Assembly: GCA_025839675.1 (NCBI GenBank)
Contig: CP104013.1
Coordinates: 2,970,001 to 3,002,000, forward strand
From: Candidatus Lokiarchaeum ossiferum
GTDB taxonomy: Archaea > Asgardarchaeota > Lokiarchaeia > Sigyniarchaeales > Promethearchaeaceae
DNA length: 32,000 nucleotides
Reading direction: 5' to 3'
Part shown: positions 22,444-31,404 of the stretch, one piece after another
Layout: each line of letters starts with the position of its first letter
How positions within the stretch are numbered: the stretch's first letter is position 1
Position numbers and translations under genes: made by a program
Notes under the pieces: model-generated
Told to the model about the DNA's origin: nothing
The model's input: only the letters and a program-made list of their open reading frames with translations
Database searches by the model: none

Positions 22444-24516
22444 ATGCTGACTATTGATCAAACCCATAAAGGTTTCATTGTTAAGTATAAAAACAAGATC
22501 ATTTTAAAACATTCCAAGGATTCTCCTTGCTGCAATTTTGGAACAGGAAATGCTTCTTATTCGGAACATCTTGGATCCTATAAAATTAAGGAAAATCTTT
22601 TTTACAAAACCAGTTTAACCAAGTTTAAAATTATAGAAACCAATGCTAGCCATCTACGAATTCACTTCTCAGATTCTACAAATCCTTCCGAGGTTCTGGA
22701 GATAATAATTCGAAATGAAAATCGAAGAATCGTGATAATCCCAAAAATTGGGACATTATCACCAGAAAATACTCTTATTATCGATGAAGGGAAGAAATAT
22801 AATCGATTTTGGATTAAATTAGCAGCCAATCCAGACGAGGCGATCTATGGATGCGGTGAACAATATTCAGAATTAAATCTCCGGGGGAAAAAATTACCTT
22901 TATGGGTGGAAGAACAGGGTATTGGTCGAGGAGATCCAAAATGGATCACATGGCTCGCCGATATCAAGGCTGGTGCAGGTGGAAAATGGTATACAACCTA
23001 CTATCCCCAGCCAACCTTCATTTCAACTGATCATTATTTTTGCCATGTAGATATGACCAGTTATTCTGTCTTCGACTTCATTTGTTCCGATTTCCACTTA
23101 TTACATTCATGGGAAATACCTAAGCAAATAATCTTAGAATATCATAATACACTATTAGATACCGTATCAGGTCTCTCTACATTTTTAGGCAGACAACCAA
23201 AATTAGCAGATTGGGTTTATGATGGGATGTGGCTGGCAATTCAAGGAAAAGGTGGAAACCAAGCAGTTCGAAACAGATTGCAAAAAGCCCTCGATGCAAA
23301 AGTTTTAGTCTCTGGAATTTGGAGTCAAGACTGGCAAGGAATCGTTACCACACCCTTTGGAACTCAATTGTTTTGGGATTGGAAGTGGGATGGAAAGGGT
23401 CGACCAGTTAGATTTGATAATTTTCCAGAATTTGTTAAAGAGATGCGGGAAAAAGGAATTCGATATTTAGGATACATTAACTCATTTTTGAATATTGAAG
23501 GAGAGCAATTTAAAGAAGCTTCGAAAAAGGGTTTGGTGATTAAAAATCGGGATGGAACCGATTTCATTACCAAAACAACCACTTTTCCAGTAGCATTATT
23601 AGATTTATCAAATCCAGCAACTCAAATATGGATCAAAGACATAATCAAGCAAAACTTGATAAATGAAGCGGGATTATCGGGCTGGATGTCGGATTTTGGA
23701 GAATATCTCCCCCCCGATGCAGCATTACACTCTGGAGAATCAGGAGAAAGTTACCATAACCACTTCCCAGTGGTTTGGCAACGGCTAAATCTGGAAGCGG
23801 TGCAAGAAGCGGGAAAGTCTGAGGAGATAGTTTTTTTCACCCGATCGGGTTATTCTCATACTTCTAAATATACAACTATGGTTTGGGCTGGAGATCAAAT
23901 GCCCAATTGGAGTATGGGTGACGGATTGGCTTCGGTCATTCCCGCAGGATTATCCTTAGGGCTCTGTGGAATCGGGTACTATCATTCGGATATAGGTGGT
24001 TTTACTTCAATTAAGCCTGTGGTTCGGAAAAAGGAAAATTTTATGCGATGGGTGGAACATTCTACATTCACGATGTTGATGCGGACTCATGAAGGAATTA
24101 AACCTGAAATCAACTGGCAATTTGATTCGGATCAAGAAACTCTTGACCATTTAGCGCGAATGACACATATTCATGCTATTATGAAGCCCTATCTACAACA
24201 CATTTCAGAAGAATATCAAACCACCGGTATTCCTCCGATGCGTGCTATGGTCTTGCACTATGAATCTGATCCAGAAGTCCGGGATCTCAAATATCAATAT
24301 CTTTTTGGGAAAGATCTTTTGGTGGCACCTGTAATTAAGAAAAAACGAAAATCCTGGAAAGTGTATATTCCTGATGATCAATGGATCAATATTTGGACCG
24401 GAAAAGATTGTATGAAGGGATGGCAAAAATATGCTGCACCCCTCGGAAAACCTCCTGTGTTCTATAGAAAAGGAACAAGATTTACCAATATCTTTGAATC
24501 TATCCAAAAATTATAA
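22444..24516 (+). CDS. Glycoside hydrolase family 31 alpha-glycosidase, YihQ-like subfamily
   Basis: 690 aa, collinear with E. coli YihQ as I recall it. Shared segments include ILKHSKDSPC, IYGCGEQ, YYPQPTF, LGRQPKLADWVYDG, nucleophile motif GWMSDFGEYLP, acid/base motif WAGDQ, MRTHEG and GKPPVFYR. Confidence 0.9.
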   Translation: MLTIDQTHKGFIVKYKNKIILKHSKDSPCCNFGTGNASYSEHLGSYKIKENLFYKTSLTKFKIIETNASHLRIHFSDSTNPSEVLEIIIRNENRRIVIIPKIGTLSPENTLIIDEGKKYNRFWIKLAANPDEAIYGCGEQYSELNLRGKKLPLWVEEQGIGRGDPKWITWLADIKAGAGGKWYTTYYPQPTFISTDHYFCHVDMTSYSVFDFICSDFHLLHSWEIPKQIILEYHNTLLDTVSGLSTFLGRQPKLADWVYDGMWLAIQGKGGNQAVRNRLQKALDAKVLVSGIWSQDWQGIVTTPFGTQLFWDWKWDGKGRPVRFDNFPEFVKEMREKGIRYLGYINSFLNIEGEQFKEASKKGLVIKNRDGTDFITKTTTFPVALLDLSNPATQIWIKDIIKQNLINEAGLSGWMSDFGEYLPPDAALHSGESGESYHNHFPVVWQRLNLEAVQEAGKSEEIVFFTRSGYSHTSKYTTMVWAGDQMPNWSMGDGLASVIPAGLSLGLCGIGYYHSDIGGFTSIKPVVRKKENFMRWVEHSTFTMLMRTHEGIKPEINWQFDSDQETLDHLARMTHIHAIMKPYLQHISEEYQTTGIPPMRAMVLHYESDPEVRDLKYQYLFGKDLLVAPVIKKKRKSWKVYIPDDQWINIWTGKDCMKGWQKYAAPLGKPPVFYRKGTRFTNIFESIQKL

Positions 24517-24532
24517 AAAACGAAAAGAAGCA

Positions 24533-25054
24533 CTATTCTTCTTCTTTTTTTCCTAAGTATTTTTTAAAGGCGTCTTTGAAATCCATCATCTTTCTTTTAT
24601 ATTGAGAACTTGCTACGTGATGTGCCAGTTTCAACCCTTTTAATTTGGTAATTTCTTCCATTTGTTGGGCAATTGCATCAAAGGATGAGACATTTCCAGA
24701 AAAAGATTCAGTAATTTCTGCTTGAAATTGTTTTGAGAATCTTGTTTTCATTCGTCCCAACACTTTTTCTGCGATAGCTACCGGACCCTTTCGATCCATC
24801 ACTACAACAAAACCAAGTTCTTCATTAAAGGAAAAAACCATACGAAAATTTTGTGTCTCCACCAATCGAATATCTTCTTGTAGGACTTCATTCGTAAAAT
24901 GCATAAAGGAAGTTAATAAACCGGAAATTAAAATTCCACTAATTTCTGTCATATCTGGCAGTTCTTCCACTGCCACATCTAATAAATTAAGACCCGAATG
25001 CCGTTGAAAAACGAGTATTTTATAAATTCCCATAATAAACAAAACAAGAATCAT
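24533..25054 (-). CDS. Longin/roadblock-like domain protein (paralogue of the C-terminal domain of 2664-3737)
   Basis: The ORF runs from TTG 25084, with ATG candidates at 25054 and 25033 (MGIYKILVF…). Pattern: IYKILVFQRHSGLNLLDV…GILISGLLTSFMHFTNEVL…IRLVETQNFRMVFSF…GFVVVMD…AEKVLGRMKTRFSKQF. It lies 41-92 bp downstream of the ABC pair on the same strand. Confidence 0.6.
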   Translation of the reverse strand: MILVLFIMGIYKILVFQRHSGLNLLDVAVEELPDMTEISGILISGLLTSFMHFTNEVLQEDIRLVETQNFRMVFSFNEELGFVVVMDRKGPVAIAEKVLGRMKTRFSKQFQAEITESFSGNVSSFDAIAQQMEEITKLKGLKLAHHVASSQYKRKMMDFKDAFKKYLGKKEEE

Positions 25055-25125
25055 AGCCTTATTTGTCTTTGGATAGGCAAACAAATGATATTCTACAATG
25101 AAGTGAAAAAGAATATAAAAAAAAT

Positions 25126-27009
25126 TTAGTTGGAAATAAATTCTGTGAGTTCAATTTGATTCCGAACCAAGGTATAATAGGCTCCTTGTTTTTTAAGGAG
25201 TTCTTCGTGAGTACCCATTTCAACAATATTACCATCATCGATTACAGCAATCATGTCGGCATCTCGAATCGTCGAGAGGCGATGTGCGATAATAAACGCC
25301 GTTCGATTGGAGAGCAAGAGTTTGATGGCTTTTTGAATCTTTATTTCGCTAAACACATCAACTGAACTGGTTGCTTCATCCAAAACAATAATCCGAGGAT
25401 CTGCTAATAAAGCCATTGCAAAGACTAATAGCTGGCGTTGGCCTACAGATAAACGTTTGCCTCGTTCTTGAAGAGGAGTATCGAGCCCATATTCAAAGCG
25501 TTCAATAGAATCTTTCAACCCCACCTGCTCGAGAACAAACCACATATCCTTATCTGTCGCTTTTGGGTCACCAAGGTGTAAGTTATCGCGAACACTGCCT
25601 GAAAACACAAAGAAATCTTGGGGAACTGAAGTAATTTGTTTGCGGAAAGAGGGGAGAGAAAAATCACTAATTTCTTGATCATCTACTAACAATCGACCCT
25701 TTTTGAGTTTATAGAGACGACTTAAGATGTTAATAATCGTTGTTTTTCCTGCACCAGTTTTCCCAACGAGTGCAATAGTCATACCTGCTGAAATATTCAG
25801 ATTGATTGGATCATAGATGGGAACATTATCATAATATTCAAAGGTGATATTATCGAAGGCAATAGCTCCTTCAATAGGGGGAAGATCAGGTAAGTGTAAA
25901 TTCCAGGGAACTTTCGTTTCAGTATCGAGAAGAGACTTAATCCGTTCGGCTCCTGTTAAAGCATCTTGTAATTCTTGATATAAATTTCCTAAGATCACAA
26001 TGGGGCGAAACAAGATAGCATTATAATTCAGAAAGGCCAATAACACTCCAATGGTGATTGCCCCAGCAAAATACCGATATCCTCCAATAAGCACCAAAAA
26101 TGCCGTTCCCAAGGAAGAACCTAAGAGTAATGTTGGAAAGAGTACGGCATGGATAATATTAGAGCGAATGGTAGCATGAGTATTAGCAAGATTAATCTTT
26201 TCAAAATTCCTATTATTTTGCGATTCACGATTGAGTGTTTTGATAACACGAATGCCAGCAATGCTTTCTCCAATATTAGCCATCATTTGAGCGTTTAATC
26301 GACGATTCTCTTTACGTCTGGCTCGAATTGATTTTCTTCCCACAACTCCAATACTTAAAATGAGTGGAATGACAACTACGGAAACCAAAGCCATAAATAG
26401 ATCTAAACTAAAGAGAAAACCGAGAATTACAAACACTGTGACGATGTTCGAAAGATTTGTTACCACCCTTCCACCCAAAAATTCTCGAATCGCCATAATG
26501 TCACTTGTTAAACGGCTCATGATTCTTCCCACCTCATTACGATCATGATATGACAAATCGAGCTCTTGAAGGTGAGAAAAGGTATCTTGTGCCATATCGC
26601 GGGAAGCTTGCAATCCCATATTTGACATCAATATAGTACGTCGATAGCTAGAATAGAATATAATTGCTTGAAATAATAGGTATAAAAATGCAACTAATCC
26701 CACTTCTAACCAAATTCGTTCCACTTGGGGGAAAATTCCTACTAACCAATCAATAAACTGGATTACTATAGCATCCAACCATTGGATATCAAAAAAAGTC
26801 GCTGCTTGGTCAGTAAATTTATCCATAGCAATTTTTATGAGGAGTGGAGAAATAGCGGTAAAAATTGTGTATAAGATCATTTGCCATATGATCCCTCCTA
26901 AGAGCCCTTTATATTTCTGCGTATATTTAAACATAAATTTATATAGAGTTAAATCCTTATAGCCAAAACTCCCTGTAGCTTTTTCTTTCTCGGCATCGGA
27001 ATGTTGCAT
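25126..27009 (-). CDS. ABC exporter half-transporter (TMD-NBD), subunit with a non-consensus signature motif
   Basis: 627 aa, six-TM type I exporter fold.
- Walker A: GKTGAGKTT.
- Signature: LSVGQRQ, where the consensus is LSGGQ.
- Walker B: IIVLDEATS.
- H-loop: IIAHRL. Confidence 0.9.
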   Translation of the reverse strand: MQHSDAEKEKATGSFGYKDLTLYKFMFKYTQKYKGLLGGIIWQMILYTIFTAISPLLIKIAMDKFTDQAATFFDIQWLDAIVIQFIDWLVGIFPQVERIWLEVGLVAFLYLLFQAIIFYSSYRRTILMSNMGLQASRDMAQDTFSHLQELDLSYHDRNEVGRIMSRLTSDIMAIREFLGGRVVTNLSNIVTVFVILGFLFSLDLFMALVSVVVIPLILSIGVVGRKSIRARRKENRRLNAQMMANIGESIAGIRVIKTLNRESQNNRNFEKINLANTHATIRSNIIHAVLFPTLLLGSSLGTAFLVLIGGYRYFAGAITIGVLLAFLNYNAILFRPIVILGNLYQELQDALTGAERIKSLLDTETKVPWNLHLPDLPPIEGAIAFDNITFEYYDNVPIYDPINLNISAGMTIALVGKTGAGKTTIINILSRLYKLKKGRLLVDDQEISDFSLPSFRKQITSVPQDFFVFSGSVRDNLHLGDPKATDKDMWFVLEQVGLKDSIERFEYGLDTPLQERGKRLSVGQRQLLVFAMALLADPRIIVLDEATSSVDVFSEIKIQKAIKLLLSNRTAFIIAHRLSTIRDADMIAVIDDGNIVEMGTHEELLKKQGAYYTLVRNQIELTEFISN

Positions 27010-27011
27010 GA

Positions 27012-28817
27012 TTAATTTTGCCCCTTTTTTGATGAATTGATGGATGAAGCGGGATTATTTCTTGCAACTGACTCATTCCAGTCGATATTTTTAAGTTGAT
27101 ATTGAACAGTTTCAACAAATTGCTGATATATGCCAGGAACAGAACGTAATGTATCATCGGTCCCATCTTGAACCACAAATCCTTTGTCCATAACGATAAT
27201 GCGCTCTGCATATTGTAGACTTGAAGGTCGTTGAGAAATAATGATAGTCGTACGATTCTCACCAAGTTTTTGGAGTGAAGCTTGAATTAAGCCCTCAGTG
27301 ACTGGATCTACTGCAGATACAGAATCATCAAAAATGATGATGGGAGGATTCTTAAGAAGAGTTCGTGCAATAGCAATACGCTGACGTTGTCCACCGCTTA
27401 AAGTTACCCCTCGTTCGCCAACAATGGTTTCATACCCTTCTTCTAAAGTACAGATAAACTCATGTATCTGTGCTGCTTTTGCAACTTTAATGACGTCTTC
27501 TCTTGTTGCATTGGGAAAACCATACGCAATATTATCATGAAGAGATAAAGTAAAGAGATAGGCTTCTTGATGTACAATTCCAATCTGTTTTCTTAGAGAG
27601 GATAGGGAAAAAGATTTTATATCAAAATCATCAATTAATATTCTACCTTTGGTAGGATCAAATAGGCGAGGAATTAAATTAACCAGAGAAGATTTGCCCG
27701 ATCCATTAGGTCCAAGTAGTACAATTTGTTGACCGGGTTCTATAGTGAAATTTATGTTTTGAAGTATTGGTACACCAGTAGGATAAGAAAAATCAACTTT
27801 GTCAAAGGTAATTTTTCCTTTAACCTCATTCATAATGAGATCCCCTTGTGATTGGAGAAGTGGGTTGGGTGCATCAAAGACTTCATTTAATCGTAAGGTA
27901 GCCGCATTAGCGTCAAAAGTTAACACCCCCAAATATCCCATCCATCTTCCGGGGATCCCCATTTGGATGACGAGTAGCATAAAAGCAACAAATTGTCCCG
28001 CTGTGATTATCCCGTTGAAAATAAAAGCACCACCCACAATTATAAGCCCCATAGTTGCTAAAGAAAGAATAAAAACCATTCCTTCCCGTAACCCCGCTCG
28101 TACTCGATATGTTTTCAGCATAGTATCAATATATTCATTGTTTTTCTTGACATATTTGGCAATTTGTTCTTCTTCTCTGCCAAAAGATTTAACCGTTTTA
28201 ATTCCAGCTAAATTTTCAGCGATAAAGTTGTTCAGTTTGCCCCCAACATATTTTTCTTGATAAAATTTGCCTTGATTCTGGCTAGAAGCATAAAATATTG
28301 TTCCAAAAATTATGGGTATTAAAATAAGAAGAATTAGCGATAAATATGGAGAAATTTGCCATACAGAAATTATTGAAAATAGATATAACCAAAGGAATAA
28401 AAGAAAAAGGCGATAGCCCCATCTTAAAATATTTCCAAAGGAAATAATTTCTCCAATTGTGCGGCTCATGATCTGGCCAACATTTTCATTAGCATAAAAT
28501 TCTAGTTCTTGGGATTGAAGAGTTTCATAGAGATCTTGACGCAAATCTCGGATTATAGCTTGCCCGAAGTAAGTCGCGGATACCCGAAGGGACATGTTCC
28601 CACCCCAGTCTAATAAAGCATACATAATTAAAAGCAAAAACCCTGGTACCAGTCGATCTAAATTTCGAGGTACGATAACAGTATCAATTAAAGACGACAC
28701 TTGAAATGGAATCAAAGTTTGGAAAACCGCCGTAGCAATAGCTGTCAGATTAACAATCATAAATATTGTTTTCTGACGTTTGACATATGGAATTAAAAGT
28801 TTGAAAAGTGCCTTCAT
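27012..28817 (-). CDS. ABC exporter half-transporter (TMD-NBD), subunit with a degenerate Walker B (E to D)
   Basis: 601 aa.
- Walker A: GPNGSGKSS.
- Signature: LSGGQRQR.
- Walker B: IIIFDDSVS, with Asp at the catalytic Glu position.
- Its stop lies 2 nt before the start of the downstream ABC gene. Confidence 0.9.
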   Translation of the reverse strand: MKALFKLLIPYVKRQKTIFMIVNLTAIATAVFQTLIPFQVSSLIDTVIVPRNLDRLVPGFLLLIMYALLDWGGNMSLRVSATYFGQAIIRDLRQDLYETLQSQELEFYANENVGQIMSRTIGEIISFGNILRWGYRLFLLFLWLYLFSIISVWQISPYLSLILLILIPIIFGTIFYASSQNQGKFYQEKYVGGKLNNFIAENLAGIKTVKSFGREEEQIAKYVKKNNEYIDTMLKTYRVRAGLREGMVFILSLATMGLIIVGGAFIFNGIITAGQFVAFMLLVIQMGIPGRWMGYLGVLTFDANAATLRLNEVFDAPNPLLQSQGDLIMNEVKGKITFDKVDFSYPTGVPILQNINFTIEPGQQIVLLGPNGSGKSSLVNLIPRLFDPTKGRILIDDFDIKSFSLSSLRKQIGIVHQEAYLFTLSLHDNIAYGFPNATREDVIKVAKAAQIHEFICTLEEGYETIVGERGVTLSGGQRQRIAIARTLLKNPPIIIFDDSVSAVDPVTEGLIQASLQKLGENRTTIIISQRPSSLQYAERIIVMDKGFVVQDGTDDTLRSVPGIYQQFVETVQYQLKNIDWNESVARNNPASSINSSKKGQN

Positions 28818-29005
28818 GGGTTGTTTTACCTAGGTAGATGAGTAAAATGTTTGATATAAATTTTTGGTTTTAATATAATATTTCGAATGTTTGAATTCGG
28901 TGCATTCCATCAAACACATTGATGCATCTAAATTTTCCCCAAAATCATGGACTTTTTTATATATGGACGAAAGTATTTTAAAGCATCCGAACGTTTACCA
29001 AAAGT

Positions 29006-30214
29006 ATGACACTAAATATGCGAAAGACGTTGGATGAGGACAAGACGAAAATGTTAGAACTCTTCCAGTATAGTTACGGTATGGCTCCAACCAATTTGGA
29101 TCGCACCTTTGATGTTGTAAAGGATGAATATTACTCAATAATTCAAGACGACGAGGTAGTAGCAAATATTCGAGCTATTCCTTTTGAACAAAATATCCGA
29201 GGCACCTTTAAAAAGATGGCGGGAATTTGTGATATTGTATGTGATCCTGTTGCACGTCGGAAAGGTTATATTCGGGAAGGTTTAAAGCAAATTTTTGCCG
29301 ATTTGCATGAAGAAGGAACAGCAACTTCAACTCTCACCCCTTTCAAGGATTCTTTTTATGAAAAAATGGGTTACATTAATTGTGTTCCCTACCGCAATGT
29401 AATAGTACAAACTAAATGGCTTCAACACTGGAATCAGCTCCCAAAAGGTTATACTTTCAAAAAGATGCGATTAAAGGATGGATATAAGTTAATAAAAGAT
29501 TTTCATCGAACTGCGATTTCCAAAATCCATGGAGGTGTTCCCCGAACCGATAAGCGGTGGAAAGAAGCATGGGGTAACAGTGATCGGTGGTTAATAGTTA
29601 TTTACAACCCTGAAAAAGAAATTGAAGGAATAATGCACTACGCCCATAAAGGCTATGGAGATCGACTCTTTGGAGAAGATAACATCGGCACAATTTCAGT
29701 GTTAGATTTTTATCCAATTACCCCGGCAGGTAAGCATGGGTTATTACATGTGTTATATTTGAACTCAGATCAAATAATCCAAGTTAATCTTCCCCTAAAT
29801 CCCCATGAAGAAAATATATACGCATGGTTTTCTGGTTTTGCAAAGACTAAAACACCACACCATATTGTCAATATGGCCCGAATTGTTGATGCGATTGCTT
29901 GCTTGACAGATCTTCCTGTAACGCACCAAACATCAGACATAATTCGGTTTCAACTGACCGATCCCGATTGTGTATGGAACAATCTCCACTTAGCACTTTC
30001 TGTTCAGAATGGAAAAATTCATGTTGAGAAGTTGGAGGGAGACACTCCTAACATGAAAATTACAATCCAAGGATTAACCGCAATAGTCTATGGAGTGATG
30101 TCTTATCCAGAGTTAATTTATTTCAAGTGGATTCAAGATGCAAGTGCTCAAGATCTTGCTATTTTGAAATTATGGTTTCCTCTCTCTCCAACCTGGTTAG
30201 CGGAATTCTTTTAG
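29006..30214 (+). CDS. Eis-like GNAT N-acetyltransferase (GNAT + central domain + SCP2-like C-terminal domain)
   Basis: 402 aa. The acetyl-CoA motif A region reads ICDIVCDPVARRKGYIREGLKQIF…LTPFKDSFYEKMGY. The C-terminal IRFQLTDPDCVWNN…L…QNGK…ITIQGLTAIVYG is typical of the Eis family tail. Confidence 0.75.
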   Translation: MTLNMRKTLDEDKTKMLELFQYSYGMAPTNLDRTFDVVKDEYYSIIQDDEVVANIRAIPFEQNIRGTFKKMAGICDIVCDPVARRKGYIREGLKQIFADLHEEGTATSTLTPFKDSFYEKMGYINCVPYRNVIVQTKWLQHWNQLPKGYTFKKMRLKDGYKLIKDFHRTAISKIHGGVPRTDKRWKEAWGNSDRWLIVIYNPEKEIEGIMHYAHKGYGDRLFGEDNIGTISVLDFYPITPAGKHGLLHVLYLNSDQIIQVNLPLNPHEENIYAWFSGFAKTKTPHHIVNMARIVDAIACLTDLPVTHQTSDIIRFQLTDPDCVWNNLHLALSVQNGKIHVEKLEGDTPNMKITIQGLTAIVYGVMSYPELIYFKWIQDASAQDLAILKLWFPLSPTWLAEFF

Positions 30215-30253
30215 ATTATTTCACTCTTTTTTTGTTTTTGTTTTATTTCTTTT

Positions 30254-30640
30254 TTATTCCTGATGCAATAATTTCTTAATGAACATCGACGACATTGGAC
30301 GGCTTTGAATTCTTTGAAGTTGCTTTTGGTGTACATTCATAGATTGCATCCATGTTTGATGAAGTGCACTTAAATACTCTACTCCATCCATAGTTAAATC
30401 ATAAATGCCATAGGTCGGTTTTTGAATGAGTTTCACACTTGTTAATTGCACTAGATGGTTTGCTAGGGCGGTTTTTTGAAGCTTCGATTGCAATAAAAGA
30501 GTTTGAAAGGAAATTGGCCCATCGAGAAGAGTGACCAAAATAGAAAATCGTTTGATATTACCGATAGCTTTGAGAATTGGGAAGAGATCTGCTGTAATAT
30601 CTTGAAAGGATTTTTTTAATGCTTTTCTAGCCAAACTCAT
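30254..30640 (-). CDS. ArsR/SmtB-like winged-helix transcriptional regulator
   Basis: HTH region: FPILKAIGNIKRFSILVTLLDGPISFQTLLLQSKLQKTALANHLVQLTSVKLIQK. ATG 30640 overlaps the upstream gene's TGA as ATGA, which suggests translational coupling. The longer ORF from ATG 30664 is the alternative. Confidence 0.7.
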   Translation of the reverse strand: MSLARKALKKSFQDITADLFPILKAIGNIKRFSILVTLLDGPISFQTLLLQSKLQKTALANHLVQLTSVKLIQKPTYGIYDLTMDGVEYLSALHQTWMQSMNVHQKQLQRIQSRPMSSMFIKKLLHQE

Positions 30641-31164
30641 CGTTTTTTCACCGGAATCATCCATTCAATTTCCGAAGCAGGATCTTCTAAACCCTTATAC
30701 ATCGGACCATATTGTTGAATTACATAAGGATAGGATTGGCAATAGTCTGATTTTTCTGATACGAGCCAATCTTGGAAGACATACTCTGTCTTTCGTTCAG
30801 CCATAGTGGTAGTAAATTCCACATATTGAGTAAGAGGTAATTGTTTAACCACCATTTCTAATGGGATTTCATCAAAATAATCAATTTCAATTCCTACAAA
30901 CACGTAATATCTACGTGTTTTCGCATATTCGGAAGGTTCAATATGGATTTCAAAAGCAAAATGGGGCTTTGAATTCAATTTTTCTAGAATAAATTTATAT
31001 TTCTGAGATAATTGGCCAAATCTTTGCCAGAGTTTTCCTATTTCATTTTCATATGACCATTCCTCACTGTTAAGAAACGGATCGCCATAAAATTCACAGC
31101 CTAAGAGACGGAATTGGAGTGGATCGGTAATTTTTGGAGTAAAATCCTGAGAAATTTCATCCAT
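30637..31164 (-). CDS. GyrI-like small-molecule-binding domain protein
   Basis: 175 aa. The family pattern is FRLLGCEFYGDP…IGKLWQRF…FEIHIEP…YYVFVGIEI…LPLTQYVEFT…, as in effector-binding domains of AraC/MerR-type regulators. Confidence 0.65.
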   Translation of the reverse strand: MDEISQDFTPKITDPLQFRLLGCEFYGDPFLNSEEWSYENEIGKLWQRFGQLSQKYKFILEKLNSKPHFAFEIHIEPSEYAKTRRYYVFVGIEIDYFDEIPLEMVVKQLPLTQYVEFTTTMAERKTEYVFQDWLVSEKSDYCQSYPYVIQQYGPMYKGLEDPASEIEWMIPVKKR

Positions 31165-31404
31165 GATTGAATTTAGTAAGGGAAATGAGAAATAAAAAGA
31201 TTCCTAAATAAAATGAACAAATGCATATTATTTAAATATAAAAAATGAACTAATATTCTTACTGCTGATCCAACAGGTATTTGCAGGTATTAGAACAAAT
31301 TTATGTTTAATTTTTCATGAAAAATACCATTATAATATTGAAATAGAGAATATTGTTGAGATTTGCACCACATTACAAAAATAAACTCAAGTGTGAAAAA
31401 AAAA

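Noticed and set aside
20476-24507. Track ORFs 20476-20739 (+), 21283-21519 (+), 23229-23411 (+), 23364-23582 (-), 24205-24507 (-).
   Set aside because: They are embedded in or antisense to the DUF362/ferredoxin and GH31 genes, which have strong family motifs. There is no independent support.
22444-24516. Calling this gene yihQ / sulfoquinovosidase.
   Set aside because: Overall similarity to YihQ is strong. However, the recalled sulfonate-binding Arg and Tyr positions read Gln308 and Phe520, and no sulfoglycolysis genes are nearby. I kept it as a generic YihQ-like GH31 alpha-glycosidase.
25156-28260. Antisense or overlapping ORFs within the ABC genes: 25156-25365, 26360-26548, 26957-27265, 27799-28260 (153 aa).
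   Set aside because: All lie inside, antisense to or out of frame with two ABC transporter genes that have complete Walker A, signature and Walker B motifs. Their translations are low-complexity (Pro/Ser/Ile/Lys-rich) and carry no motifs.
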